A stretch of DNA of 62,877 nucleotides, the filler included, from Sphacelaria rigidula (lineage: Eukaryota): the NCBI GenBank assembly GCA_964200075.2. It is 8 parts of 8 records of this genome, joined end to end, with 100 filler letters (N's around TTAATTAATTAA, not from the genome) between each part and the next. Parts side by side here need not be neighbours in the genome. Positions count along the whole stretch, not along the records: positions 1 to 7,774 come from CAXNAA020013503.1; positions 7,875 to 15,647 come from CAXNAA020013504.1; 6 more parts are not named here. One strand, given 5' to 3'. This document shows positions 1 to 13,067 of this stretch, piece after piece. The notes under the pieces are model-generated. The model was not told the DNA's origin. It did not search any database and saw nothing but the letters and a program-made list of their open reading frames with translations. The position numbers and the translations under genes are program-made. Within the stretch, counting starts at the first letter, position 1. The number at the start of each line of letters is the position of its first letter.

Positions 1-2
1 TG

Positions 3-1183
3 ATCGCGCGTCGACACCCTGGATCAGTTAGACTGGATTCTAGGGTAGTGCGAGGCTTAAACCTCGCTAAAAACAACCTTTCCGCGAACTGATCAATAGT
101 TACAGGAGTGCAGCTTTTGAGGGGTGCTCTTCTGTAACTACCGATACCTATTCTACTGGAAATAGAGCCTACGCGCCTTGGCTCACACATGTGCCCGTAT
201 ATCACCAAATGGGCAGCAATCGATAACACAGCGGCACAAGAAAAAGACAGGAACACTCGAAATTCATGACTGAAGCGTACGGTAGCAGCAATATATAGTA
301 ACATGTTCCCTTATTTCACTACCGTATTCCTCTCGCAATGATATCATGTAGCCCATCACACAACAGCCATTCGTACACGTCCATGGCTGCAGTCTATTCT
401 TTGGCTCCTCCGTATCAGCTTGGGGCGCTAAACTTCCAAGCGAGATGGCTGTTTCCAGTCTTCATCTTCGTATCGTACTCGCCGAAAGAAATTCCCATAA
501 TCATACACGTGGGGCCTCAACTCGGCACTGATGCAGCCTTTCCCGGAGGTAGCACCTGTGGCAAAAGCTTCAACGCATCACTACGTGGGGAAGCGGGGTG
601 CTTCGAGTGCGATGGCGGGGTCGAAGAAACTGTGAGGTGATACAGGTGCAAAAGGCTTATGACGCAGTATGGAGCAATGGGTTGTGGGAAAATATATGAG
701 GAACTGTGATCAAGGGAAAGGTGTGGACGATTAAGACGAAAGAAATGTGCCAAAAGTGCGACGGTGCTAGACAGGGAAATATCGAAATATTTTGATATTT
801 TTGAAGGAGTCGCACCAGGATGTACGTTATCACCCTCTCTAACCGAGGTATTCTTCGATGACCTGATACAAGCATGAGACATGGCAAAGCGAGGGGTGAA
901 AATGATGAAACAACTGGAAACAGTGCAACTGGCCGCAGCTAAGAGAATACTTTGATGCGGAAACGGTGCAAATGGCAGCAAAGAAAAGAATACTTGGATG
1001 CAATAAAAATAGTGAAGATGAAAACAGTACAGAGTGCAACAGCTCAAAAACTACTTGGATGAAGTGAAGTTGGTGAAGGAGTTGGGGAACAGTGCAGATT
1101 ACAGCAGCGAGGGGAATTACTTGGATGCTCGAAACAAATAGGTACGCCCCCCCCCTTTGAAGTCTTTCCCTTTTCCCCACCCG
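3..1183 (+). repeat. Copy 1 of a ~1.2-kb diverged direct duplication (copy 2 at 6600-7774)
   Basis: Collinear from 'atcgcgcgtcgacaccct' to 'gaagtctttcc..ttttcccca', with scattered substitutions and indels. Confidence 0.92.
680..1130 (+). mobile_element. Degenerate, internally deleted non-LTR retrotransposon (LINE) reverse transcriptase fragment
   Basis: Translates to 'EISKYFDIFEGVAPGCTLSP..VFFDDL' (RT QG-type motif GVxQGxxLSP), then 'KQLETVQLAAAKRIL' (LINE RT thumb-like); contains stops and lacks YxDD. Confidence 0.75.
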
Positions 1184-1656
1184 TCAGTGCCTGAAACAAC
1201 GTAGAGTTCTCGACAATCCAACATGGTGACAGATACAGGCAATGCAGTAAGAGTGTGCGTGAAACGTACTATCTCTGGGGCCAAGATTTGTACAATTATG
1301 TAACCTCTTCAGCAGCCGTCCCCCTCGGTTCTCGAATCCTGTGAAACTGTAGACATAATAATGGCGAAAATAAAAGAGGCAAGGCATGCTGAGTAAAAAT
1401 ATAAGAATGAGGTACGTTGTACTAAATATACCGAGACAAAGCACAGAAATGACAAGAAACATGCCCTCACACGCATGAGTTGTACATTGATGCTCATTGT
1501 GCAAAAGTCTAGTTCGTATGTCATATCCTAGCTGAGCCACCATGAGACGACCGGATTGTGGTGGTGAAGTCTTGCTGCAGTTATACGGCACAAGAGTTTG
1601 ACAGCATAAGGAGAGCGCGCGTTTACCTACATCGTGCAGCAATACTGTTGACTTTC

Positions 1657-1962
1657 CTACTTATTTAGAATATCGGTCAGCAGGGCGACTAGAATGCTAC
1701 GCTCCTGGACAAACTGTCCAAGGTACCTGGTGGTTTTAGAAACGAACGTAGTTTTTCGATTGTATGGACATGGTGTCTGAGTAATCGCGTTGCATTTGGA
1801 GGGGGCTGGTTGTATGCCGGTATTATCGATCAACAGGCTAAGGAACCTGTGAAACCCTTCAGTAAAGATATATTTGGCGAACTTGGCGAATTTTACTGAA
1901 CGCAAAATCGTGTAGTCGACAAACTTTGCCGGGGAACGTTGGGTGAGAAACACCTCGGTCAA
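1657..1962 (-). mobile_element. Possible highly decayed Ty1/copia RNase H remnant
   Basis: 'LIDNTG...QFVQERSI...LTDILNK' loosely parallels the copia RNase H 'DN..A...F++E.V...+ADILTK' spacing; eyeball match only. Confidence 0.3.
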
Positions 1963-3622
1963 GAAGCTTCTGCATTTCTTTCCTGATCATACAGCGTTCT
2001 CATGGTGGGAAACCGCGGTGTTTTGTGGCAAAGGGTGTACACGCGAGACAACAACCCGCAAAACATATGGAACTCGTGCTTCGCCCCCCCCCAAGGGGGT
2101 CCAGCGACCATGTCAGCGACATAAGTGTCTAGAAACTATATGTAGGGCCTGTAAGGACCGTCAAATATATAAATATATATATATAGTCGCGCAGTCAACT
2201 TGCATCGTAGGCTGGGCATGAAGGGCAAAAAGGCTAAATAGGGAAACTACATACGTCTGCGTACTGAATAAGTAATGACAAGGCAATCCACGGGAAGATG
2301 AGTGGCAGCATGATATCGAAAACCAAGTTTGAAGCAACTGAACAATGTATTATCCAACTACGGTACCGCGAAGGAACAAGGCAGTATCCAACTACGGTAC
2401 AGGATGCGTCAAGAAGTCAACCTGGTAAATAGCAAACCATACAATTGATCACCAGTGTGGGATACAATGGGGATCCTATTTAGTGGCACCAAGGTAATGA
2501 CCCTGCTACCAAAATGCTTCGAAAAGGTACCCGGGATTAGCTAAACCAAACAAAATTGCGGACACTCCATGAAAAGGTACCCGGTGTTAGCTAAACCAAA
2601 CAGAATTGCAGACACTTCACGCGGGCACATACCGTCATTGGCAAACCGTTCAGTGTTTCCTGCGTGTCCTCCCCGACGCAATAACCGTTAGCGCCGGTTC
2701 CCTCATCGGGATGCGACACACCCAGGACAAGAGTGTGGGTGAAACAAGGGCGGAAGTAATAGAGGGCGTGGTTAGTATACGTTGGAAGTCTTGGGGTACA
2801 TGAAAATATGACTCGGTTTTATACCAAGTGACGCAGATCGAAATGTCGTGTGCCGGGCGATAAATTCGGCGTTTCGGCCTTGCGAACCAGATAGATGAAA
2901 CGATTACCAGCGGAATCCTACTCAAGCACGATGAGTACAGGCGGCGCAACAGACAAGGCCCTGCAGATGGCCTACACCCGCACATTCAAAGAAAAACATC
3001 GCGAGCGCCAAACACAAATACAAAATTACCAGAACATAAAATTAAAAATAGTGCAGCTCATAAGAGCAAGACGACGGCGGTGGAAAATTATAAAGCACTC
3101 AAAGTACAATCGAGGGGCTCAAAAGACAGTTATGGTAGACGCGACACCCGGAGATGCAGACAATATGAGTATGTAAGATGTAAGAAAAGCAAACAAGATC
3201 GAAATAAAATGGAAGCTTTACTGCATGTTCATTCCACAAATCCTCATGGCCACAATAAAAATGCAACCCCGGAAACAAAGTACATACTGATCATGGTGGG
3301 TTGTTTTGCAAAAAACTACCGGGATAATAAAGAGAGTGTCTAAAACACGATCATTGCTGGTTAGGTACAGCGATGACATTATGGCTGACCAGGTGTAGAT
3401 CAGGCGAAGGTGATACCATGCACGCAACAATGACAAAACAAAAACTGTGCGATCAGATCAAAGCAAGGTTATGAAGAACATGAGGGCGGAAAATGCACGT
3501 GCACATGACAACATGCGATGTGATAGTGAGCGAGAAACGTACAGCCGACAGGAGGCGGTAGAGGCAAAACCACAACAAGCGGGACAATAACAGCCAACCA
3601 GGGTAGCAGAGAGCACGATGGA

Positions 3623-3753
<131 letters not shown>

Positions 3754-4759
3754 CATCGGTGATAGGCAACAGCGACAATAGACAATAGACAACAGACAAC
3801 AGCAGCAGCAGCAACAACATACACCAACAACACGGCTGCACAGCTTCCGCAGCTGTCTGGAGCCTGATGTCCCGAAACGCCCCGACGTAATTGTTGTCGA
3901 GAAGGATCGGTCCTAAAAGTTGGTCATCAAAGGATTGTCGTCAATCAAAGCAAACGCAGTAATGAAGAGTACGGGCAGCAGCGGGTTCAAAACGAATTTC
4001 TAAATAACCGACCACCCCGTGACTAATGCCGAGATAGCCCCTCCACAAAAAGTGCACCGGCACCATCCAACGAACCGGCTGCGATCCCACTATTGGGCTC
4101 GTTTGCAACAATTTCGCCCACATGAGCGGCGTGTAGCAGCCCGAAATCAGCTATAACGCCCAAATCAGTCGTGTCGTGCAGCATGAAACCACCTTTAACG
4201 GCAGTTATGATCATCGCCTTCGAGCACGTTTTCGGCCGGTTTTCGGGGGGGGCTATCTCGGCAGCAGTCTCGTACACAAAATTAGTAACATGTGTGATCC
4301 CGACCAAAAGGGATGATGGTGACGCGATGCAGGGAAAGCCACTTGAGTGTGCGGGTAGGCCACAACGGTGAACAACGTCTCATCACCACGAAGAGGTGCA
4401 TTTCAGGGGAACAGATGCGTGGGGACCTCGGGGTAACAATTGAGGCACATATGGTGATGACAATCGTTTATCGGTAAAAGCTCATGCGGTCAAAGTGGGG
4501 CACAGTACAAGCAGCAGAGTCGGACACTACGCGAGTGGGCAACTCGCGTGACTTTACATGTAGGTGTAAGAGGCATTACGCGCACATGAGGGCTAAACAG
4601 GCCATGTGATAGCCAGCAGGGTACAACTACCCATGGGCGGTAAAGGCAAAAGTCGCGACGCCTCAGGCGGGACAGAAATCGCAGAGCAGCAAAACAAAAT
4701 CGGGACAGTAGCCGCCTAGCAGCAGAACAAAATTGTGTTGTTCTTTAGGTGGAACAATA

Positions 4760-5190
4760 ACCACACAGCAGGGTAACAGACAGCACAACGGAAACAGCCG
4801 CAGCAACTGCAACATGAAAGTTTATAGTAGCCATAAAAGCGACAGCAAAACAGCAAAGCAGCAGCGACCGCAGCGGCCGTAACAACAGCAGACGATAACA
4901 GGCAGAAGCAATGCCACCACCACCACCAACAACAACAGCGGCCGATAACAAGAGCAACAGACGGTAGCAACAGCACAATAACAGAAACAAAGGACAACAA
5001 CGAACCGCAGCAACCAAACAACGAACAGCCACAGACGGTAGCAGCAGCACAATAGCAAAAACAAAGGACAACAACGAACCGCAGCAAACAAACAACGTAC
5101 AGCCACAACAACGGATAACAACAACGCGGCTGTACAGCTTCCGGAGCTGTCTGGAACTTGATGTCCCAAAACACCCCGACGTAGTTGTAG
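4760..5190 (+). repeat. CAA/CAG-rich degenerate repeat sharing a 3' flank with 3830-3895
   Basis: 'ggctgcacagcttccgcagctgtctggagcctgatgtcccgaaacgccccgacgtaattgt' vs 'ggctgtacagcttccggagctgtctggaacttgatgtcccaaaacaccccgacgtagttgt'; internal ~70-bp duplication 'cagacggtagca.cagcacaata'. Confidence 0.75.
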
Positions 5191-5629
5191 GCTCTCTGGT
5201 TCGTCGACTCGTGCAATCTCGTTCGACCTTTATGCCTTTTATCAATTGTTTTGGCCAGGTTATTTCACTTTTGCTTTGAACGCCTGCCGTGGCATGCTGA
5301 TGAACCATCCTTGATGAACTCGTGCATGAAGCCGTTGGTGCCGCTCTGCTTGGGTTGTATGTAACGTAGTGCAATGCGGCGGGCAACAAGGCAGACAGGG
5401 CGACAAAGCCTACCTCGTCCATGCTTACTCTTTACTGTTCCGCGTAATTGTAGTACAAGCATATCCTGGTGCAGTTGTTTTTGCTATTGAAAACAATCAG
5501 TGCACGCAACTGTGAAGCAGCGCGGTTGTGTTGTTTCGTACTCGTGGAAAGAAGGGCGTCTGTTGCTGTGTGGATTTTCTCCCATTTGTGCAAGGCACAT
5601 TATTTACCATATATAAGTCTAGTGACGCG

Positions 5630-6118
5630 NNNNNNNNNNNNNNNNNNNNNNNNNNNNNNNNNNNNNNNNNNNNNNNNNNNNNNNNNNNNNNNNNNNNNNN
5701 NNNNNNNNNNNNNNNNNNNNNNNNNNNNNNNNNNNNNNNNNNNNNNNNNNNNNNNNNNNNNNNNNNNNNNNNNNNNNNNNNNNNNNNNNNNNNNNNNNNN
5801 NNNNNNNNNNNNNNNNNNNNNNNNNNNNNNNNNNNNNNNNNNNNNNNNNNNNNNNNNNNNNNNNNNNNNNNNNNNNNNNNNNNNNNNNNNNNNNNNNNNN
5901 NNNNNNNNNNNNNNNNNNNNNNNNNNNNNNNNNNNNNNNNNNNNNNNNNNNNNNNNNNNNNNNNNNNNNNNNNNNNNNNNNNNNNNNNNNNNNNNNNNNN
6001 NNNNNNNNNNNNNNNNNNNNNNNNNNNNNNNNNNNNNNNNNNNNNNNNNNNNNNNNNNNNNNNNNNNNNNNNNNNNNNNNNNNNNNNNNNNNNNNNNNNN
6101 NNNNNNNNNNNNNNNNNN
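5630..6118. other. True intra-scaffold assembly gap (~490 N)
   Basis: Uninterrupted N run without the TTAATTAATTAA core. Confidence 0.95.
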
Positions 6119-6599
6119 CTTGTATTATTGGCAACCGGCTGGTAGCTGCTAATCGCGCGTTGAGATAAGTTCCCAAAACGACTGTGCCCGTGAAGGGGGG
6201 CACTGTCGAAATCAATCAGACTCAGAATGGCCCATGACCTGTCGGGCTAGGCAACGCAAGAGTATGACACGTGGAATCTACTCGACTGGACCATAACCGA
6301 TAAATCCGGAACATCCCCCCAGCCGTTTAATAAGGCTAAGCGAAAGAAATGTGGGAAACGAAGCCTGTGCATTAACACCTGAAGTAAGGAAATGAGAAAA
6401 ACCTGCCACTAATGTTGCAGGGGAAAAATCGGTATCTAATAGATAGGTAAACCCCGTTAGACGGGGGAAACCCTATCCGTTAGGAAAGGCAGAAAATCTA
6501 TAGCGCCCTTTCCAATCAACAGAAACCGCAGACAAGTGCGATCGCTGTCGTTTTCCCGGGATCTCATTTAGACTGGAGAACGATGAGCTTATTAGCTTC

Positions 6600-7774
6600 A
6601 TCGCGCGTCGACACCCTAGATCAGTTACACTGAATTCCTGGGTAGTGCGGGGCTTTAACCACATCCAACGTAGGTTGGATTCGCTAAAAACAACCTCACC
6701 ACGAAGTTATCAATAGTTACAGGAGTGCAGCTTTTGGGAAGCGCTTTCCTGTTACTACTGATGTTTATGCTACGAAGAATAGAGCCCATGCGCCTTGGCT
6801 CATAAATGTATTTGGATGTTACAAAATGGGAACCAGACAAGGCGAAGGAGCGACAAAAAAAAAGAGAGACAAAAACAGGCACACTCGCAATTCACACTGA
6901 AGAGTACAGTATCAGCAATTCTTCTTGCTTATTTTACAATCGTATTCCTCTCGCAATGATATCTTATACCACATCACACAACAGCCATTCGTACACGTCC
7001 ATGGCTGCAGTCTATCTTTGGCTCCTCCATTCCAGCTTGGGGCGCTCAACTTTCAAGCGAGATGGCTGTTTCCAGTCTCCATCTTCGTATCGTATTCGAC
7101 GAAAGAAATTCCCATAATCATACACGTGGTGCTTTAGCTCGGCACTGCTGTAGCCTTCCCAGGAGGTAGCACCTATGGCAAACGTTTCAAGGCATCACTA
7201 CGTGGGGAAGCGGGGTGCTTCGAGTGCGATGGCGGGGTCGAAGAAACTGTGGGGTGATACAGGTGCAAAAGGCCATGACGCATGAGGAACTGTGATTAAA
7301 GGAAAGGTGTGGACGATTAAGACGAAAGAAATGTGCCAAAAGTGCGACGATGCTAGACAGGAAAATATCGAAATATTTTGATATTTTGCAAGGAGTCGCA
7401 CCAGGATGTACGTTATCACCCTCTCTAACCGAGGTATTCTTTGATGACCTGATACAAGCATGTGACATGGCAAAGCAAGGGGTGAAGTTGATGAAACAAC
7501 TGGAAACAGTGCAGCTGGCCGCAGCTAAGAGAATCCTTTGATGCGGAAACGGTGCAAATGGCAGCAAAGAAAATAATACTTGGATGCAATAAAAATCGTG
7601 AAGAAGATGAGAACAGTACAGAGTGCAACAGCTCAGAAACTACTTGGATGAAGTGAAGTTGGTGAAGGAGTTGGGGAACAGTGCAGATTACAGCAGCTAG
7701 GGGAATTACTTGGATGCTCAAAACAAATAGGTACGCCCCCCCCCCTTTCGAAGTCTTTCCTTTTTCCCCACCTG
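6600..7774 (+). repeat. Copy 2 of the ~1.2-kb direct duplication
   Basis: As above; runs to the end of the scaffold. Confidence 0.92.
7290..7720 (+). mobile_element. Second copy of the degenerate LINE RT fragment
   Basis: ORF 7350-7541 'KISKYFDILQGVAPGCTLSPSLTEVFFDDLIQACDMAKQGVKLMKQLETVQLAAAKRIL'. Confidence 0.78.
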
Positions 7775-7874
7775 NNNNNNNNNNNNNNNNNNNNNNNNNN
7801 NNNNNNNNNNNNNNNNNNTTAATTAATTAANNNNNNNNNNNNNNNNNNNNNNNNNNNNNNNNNNNNNNNNNNNN
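7775..7874. other. Artificial scaffold linker N44-TTAATTAATTAA-N44; also at 15648-15747, 23521-23620, 31394-31493, 39266-39365, 47137-47236, 55008-55107
   Basis: Identical 100-bp spacer seven times, with stop codons in all six frames; flanking pieces decrease monotonically from 7774 to 7770 bp. Confidence 0.97.
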
Positions 7875-7883
7875 GTCTCTCTT

Positions 7884-7935
<52 letters not shown>

Positions 7936-9358
7936 TTGCATCCCGCGGAAGGTTGTTGCATATTGATGGGGGAAAATGTCGTGTCGAAATCTCAGCACTC
8001 GATTTCTTGAGTTACCCACACCCGGGGGTTGTCTGTATTGAATACAATTAAACAAGTACGGCTTCACGAATTTCGTTTAGCCTTCGCGATCCAAAGCGTG
8101 CACATTCGCTCGGACCCAAACACAGCAGAGCAAACTGAATCATTTTCCGCAGCACGAACGCGGTAGAGTCGATTTTTTTTTGCATAAGACACGACCTGAC
8201 ACGCCCTCAATCGTAGCCTAGACTCTCAATCTCACGAAAACATTGTTGGTTGTATCATAAGAGCCAGTGCAGCTGGTTCCTGATCAACGTGGTATAACAC
8301 CCTCGTGAATGATTCAAGTTTGATTGCCACGATAACCGAGGGCCCCCTCTCAGAGCGACATCTTAGCCACCTCAGTATATCGGCGTCATTATTTCTAATG
8401 GTACAAATGACAAACTTCGGCGACATGGTTGTCGAACATGTCGAGCAAATTGAGGCTGAACCACGTCTACACATCGGGGGTGTTATACGGCGTAAAGCAG
8501 CGGCAAGGCTAGCCAACCGCACCGAACTCTCACCATGGGTATTGCTTTCAGGAGCTCCATTTCTTCTCAGCGCAGGTCTTCTTTCCCCTGCATTATCCCT
8601 GGTTTGATTTCGCTTCCTCAGCTTGTTCAGCTCCTTGTTACGACCCATCGATATTCATCCATCCACTGACCCTGACCGAGGCGCTAATCGTGGTGCTATA
8701 CGCAATAGTATCAGACCCGCAATTGACGTATTTATTCCAATATATAAATACCAAAGGCCTTGAATGACTCCTAGATTATGAGCGATGGGAAAACATTATC
8801 ATAGTTCATGAAATAAATCAACGTGAACGCCGTTTTGAATAGAATTCAGTACACTATATGTGATGAACGTTGCCGTTGCCCCCTCTCATGTCGCGTATGA
8901 TAATCGGAGTACATTTTGACAATGACACTGTCATCTGCGAAACACCGTTTTATTGTGTTCTGATATCGTCAGACGGATGACTATATTCCAGAGAGCCAGT
9001 TTCTCTGTCGTGCTTAGACAACCCTGTCGTGCATGCCAAGACGCTGAGCCCCTCCTGGGCTAGATGCACATTCGCCAACCCAGATCCAGACAGGCTAGTT
9101 CTTACTCTATGATCGACAGTGAACCGTCTCATTCCCCGACATATGCCGTGTTCAACGCGTTTGCTACACCGATCAGCTGCTGCTGCAACTCCGAAGACCA
9201 CATCAATCTGAGCGCGGTCTTCAACGTTAGCCGGCATATCTCAACGTTGACTGCCACATTTTATTAGGGCAGGCTTTGCCACCAACCAATTAAGGGGCGC
9301 ACCATATGGTCGAGAGATAAGCACGCCGGCTTCCTCATTGAACCCTAGGAGGGAGAGG

Positions 9359-9867
9359 ATGACGACCCCTACTACTACAGGTACTTGCGGGGGTGACGAG
9401 GAAATGTCTGAGCAACATGCTACGACACTGTCGGAGGAATCCACCGCACATATCACCGAGATGAGCACACAAATGGAAGAGTCAACGAATCACGGGCGAA
9501 CATACCATCCGTCGCCAAGCAGGGGTTTCTCCTCTACTGAATGTTCTCCTGCAAGGGCACAGGCAGAGAGTTACAGTGTATCTGCGGCTGCAGGTAATGG
9601 CGACTGCCGTTGTGATGTTGCATCTGATACGTCTGGCACCTGCACGCCGCCAGCTCGAATGACCGTGTTACAGTCTGTTCCTGCGCCTACTGCTGTGGCT
9701 GCCGCCAGAATTACCGGTGAGAAGGACGAAGAATCAGAAGCAAGAGCATCAACGACAGCAGGGAACGAAATGCTGCCCCTATCGCCTGAGGACATAAAAA
9801 AGTTCGAGGAAGACGGCTTTGTCATGCTCCATCGTGCATTCGATCCGGCTGTTGCTGCCGCAGGTAG
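9359..9867 (+). CDS. Probable first exon of a phytanoyl-CoA dioxygenase (PhyH)-like 2OG-Fe(II) oxygenase; partial
   Basis: Low-complexity N-terminus, then 'LSPEDIKKFEEDGFVMLHRAFDPAVAAA', the typical PhyH N-terminal motif, ending at donor GTAGGT/GTGAGC. No downstream exons identified. Confidence 0.6.
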
Positions 9868-10302
9868 GTGAGCAAAAAAGGCTTTGGACTAGACATTTCC
9901 ATGAACATTATTTAATCTGTACAACGGTTTGAGTGCCAAATTGCGTGGTTGTCAGAGCGTATGCCACGATGGTAAATGCACACGAACATACGGGCGATAT
10001 TGCATGGAAGAGGGCCAAGCAAGAGAAACGAAAGCACACGTGCGATATGTGCACGTGAGCAAATTAATACTTTGCGGAGGATACATTCGACTTGGGGACT
10101 AAACATGCGCGATTTACGCAACATTCAAGCTGTGCCCGTGACGTACTGCACTGCTGTATCCACACACCGTATCCCCAAGCCTCTACTGCCACGTCTCACA
10201 TTGGGATGAAACATGTCAAGTTGCAATACTATTGTGCATACTGACGCATAACCGACGAACGAGGAGGATCTTCCTCTACTATACACCGAACGCGACCAAA
10301 AC

Positions 10303-10436
10303 AAGAAGCGAACGGCAAAGCAAGCGTTGGAAAACAGCATGGCCGATTGCTCGCCGCAACCAAAGCGGCTGACCTATGGTTGCGGCGACCAATAATCATG
10401 CTGGATATTCGACGCTTGCTTTGCTCTTCGCTTCTT
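10303..10436. repeat. Imperfect ~135-nt hairpin (two ~59-nt arms, short loop)
   Basis: 'aagaagcgaacggcaaagcaagcg...tcgccgcaacc' pairs with 'ggttgcggcga...cgcttgctttgctcttcgcttctt'. Confidence 0.85.
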
Positions 10437-11804
10437 TTTCCTGTCTCTCAATTCTCCAAATCGATGCCTTTAACCCTTTGACCGCGCGAGGGTGGGTCAC
10501 CTACTGAATCGGCATCAATTTCACTTGAAGAAGTAATGCGGGATCCAGGCGGGCTACCCGCATCGCAGTCTAAGGGTTTTTAACCTCCGGTCTCATAATT
10601 TGACGCTCGAAGGACAGCCTTTGGGGAGTTTTGGAATAGTATTTGTGGTGGAGAGACGGCGCCTGCATGATAAGGGCTGTCGCCACGCATATATGGCGCG
10701 ACATCGTGTTTCGTGTTCAAGATCGTGGTCACCGACTTTTTGCCGTCTGGAGACGACCAAGGTACATGCATGTGGTCAGCACAAACAGCTGTTGTTACCG
10801 GACGGCTGTACGGCGTGGTATATTATGTGCGAGATGCATGTGCTGTAGGCGGCGCGTGCAGGTGTTTGTGGGTAATGTTCTTGTTTAGCTTCGTGCCTGA
10901 GGGCTGCGGAAGACTGTCACGCCGCTCCAAACAGCAAACTGAGAAGGGCGAACGCAAGTTCACACGCAAGCAAAGCGCATGGAACCGCAGCGGTGGCCTT
11001 CTCCCCCTTGCAACTCCGTGCTGCGAGCCAGTGCGCCGCGATATATGCGGGTTTCTTTTGTTGAGTGCTTCGACGACAACTGTGTTGGGTATAGCAGCGA
11101 AGGTGTGGCGGCGGTAACGATCGGGTTGTCTCCACCTAGGCCGACAGTGCTCACGGATAAAACACGGAGAGCAAGCAGCGTTCAATCACCTCGCTCAACG
11201 CTGGCAAAAATGCTGCTGCACGCCTTTTCGCGAAAGACATCATTTTTCGCATTACTTCTGCCATACATCCACGTCCTTCTAGCGTCCATTTTGATTGGTT
11301 GACTGTTGCACACCTGGCGTCCATTAACACCTGCGAGTACAGGAATCGTGCTCAAACAACTCGCGGAAAGATGAACGGCCGTAGTATCGAAACGAATCCG
11401 GAGGACGCTCAAACTGTGAGCATTCAGCAAAGAGAATGCACGTGGACCCGGATGCACCAGTGTTGCCTCTGAACTAGTCTCACATTGTTGACCACCTTTC
11501 GAAAACAACACACGGGACAGGCAGCAGACTCAGTTAAGCACGATATCGTGCTGGTATAGACCTACACACCGTGTCCATAGCTAGCTCCACTGAGAACTTC
11601 AACTCAATTCTAACCACTACGACGCATAGGCAGACGACAAAGATTTCCCCAAAGGAGGTAGAACGGATACAGTTTTTGTGCAACACGACGATCGTTTTTC
11701 GTTCTGAAACGCGATCGCGTGGAACTTACGCTGAACTGCCTGCGTATGCTTCTACGTCACACATAAGTGAGACATGCACGGCTGGCGTATATCTGCCTGT
11801 ACAG

Positions 11805-12829
11805 GCTGATTCACAGAACCTGCCTGTACCATAGAACCAGTGCCACAACACGTTTGAGCAGATCCGCCAGTCTAAGAACGAACACATTTTTGGATTCACC
11901 CATCACCCTCAAAAGAGACGATGCATCATAATGCGAACAGACCACGACATGTACACGCACAGTACCACAGACCGCACACACTCACGCACAGAGAGAGACG
12001 AACCTCACCAGCAGCCCTTCAAGTCATCGTACACGCATGGCAGGCAGGCAATACATGTGCTCTTGTATGTATAGATTGGTTGTTTTTGGTAAATACTTTT
12101 CAGAGTCAGTACAGCACTATCGTACTACCCTAAATATTTCTCGCAATACAGACTAAAACGCATACGGTGGATACTGTAATGTATTGCGATGACTCCAGCG
12201 TGTATTGTTCACAAAGCCCTGAACGAAAAAACAAACTTTGCCGTCTGCGCAGACGTAGAGTAAAATAACTCGCACTGCTCTTCTTTTTGTATCTATGACA
12301 ATCGCTGCACCCGGGTGGTCGAAGTGTCATGGCAGGAGACTTCAGGTATGGAGGCCATGAGGAGGCCCAGTTCCGACGGATAGAGTGTGCTAAACCATCT
12401 ACTTGCTGTGTGTATACAAGTCTCCGGTACATGTTACATGCTCCTCAGACGTTACATGCCTCAACACAGTTGTGGGTGTGTGGGGAGGGCTAGCACGGTT
12501 GTCGAAAACACCACAGCGGGTGCAGCCATTGTAATAGATACAAAAAGAAGAGCAGTGCGACTTATTTTATCCTGCATCTGCGCAGACGGTAAAGTTTGCT
12601 TCGTTTAGGGCTTTGTGAACAATACACGCTGGAGTCGTCGCAATACATTGCGGTATTCACCGTATGCGTTTTAGTCTGTATTGCGAACAATGTATGCAGT
12701 AGTGCAAAAGTGCTGTACTGATTCTCTGAGAAGTATTTACCGAAAATAATCAATCTGTACATACAAAATCAGGTGGATTGCCTGCCTGCCATGCGTGTAC
12801 GATGAGTTGTAGGGCTGCTGATGAGGTTC

Positions 12830-12873
<44 letters not shown>

Positions 12874-13067
12874 GTTTGTGTGTGTATGCGTGTGTGTGTG
12901 CTTGTGGTACTGTGCGTGTACATGTCGTGGTCTGTTCGCATCATGATGCGTCGTCTCTTTTGAGGGTTATGGGTGAATCCAAAAATGTGTTCGTTCCTAG
13001 ACTGGCGGGTCTGCTAAAACGTGTTGTGGCACTGGTTCTATGGTACAGGCAGGTTCTGTGAATCAGC
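11805..13067. repeat. Long inverted repeat/foldback: arms ~11805-12319 and ~12510-13067, ~190-bp loop
   Basis: 'gctgattcacagaacctgcctgtaccatagaaccagtgccacaacacg' is the reverse complement of the 13020-13067 end; complementarity continues inward, with an expanded (TC)n(TG)n in the right arm. Confidence 0.92.

Noticed and set aside
2366..2620. Short local duplications (tatccaactacggtac; gaaaaggtacccgg..ttagctaaaccaaaca)
   Set aside because: Only two copies each; ordinary slippage within decayed repeat DNA.
5469..6215. Long ORFs
   Set aside because: They run through an N gap.
7819..7830. Periodic TTAATTAATTAA every ~7.87 kb as a biological signal
   Set aside because: Always centred in a fixed N linker; an assembly or packaging artefact.
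8232..8648. 138-aa ORF with a basic N-terminus
   Set aside because: No recognisable motif or splice support; could be a TE relic but cannot be called.
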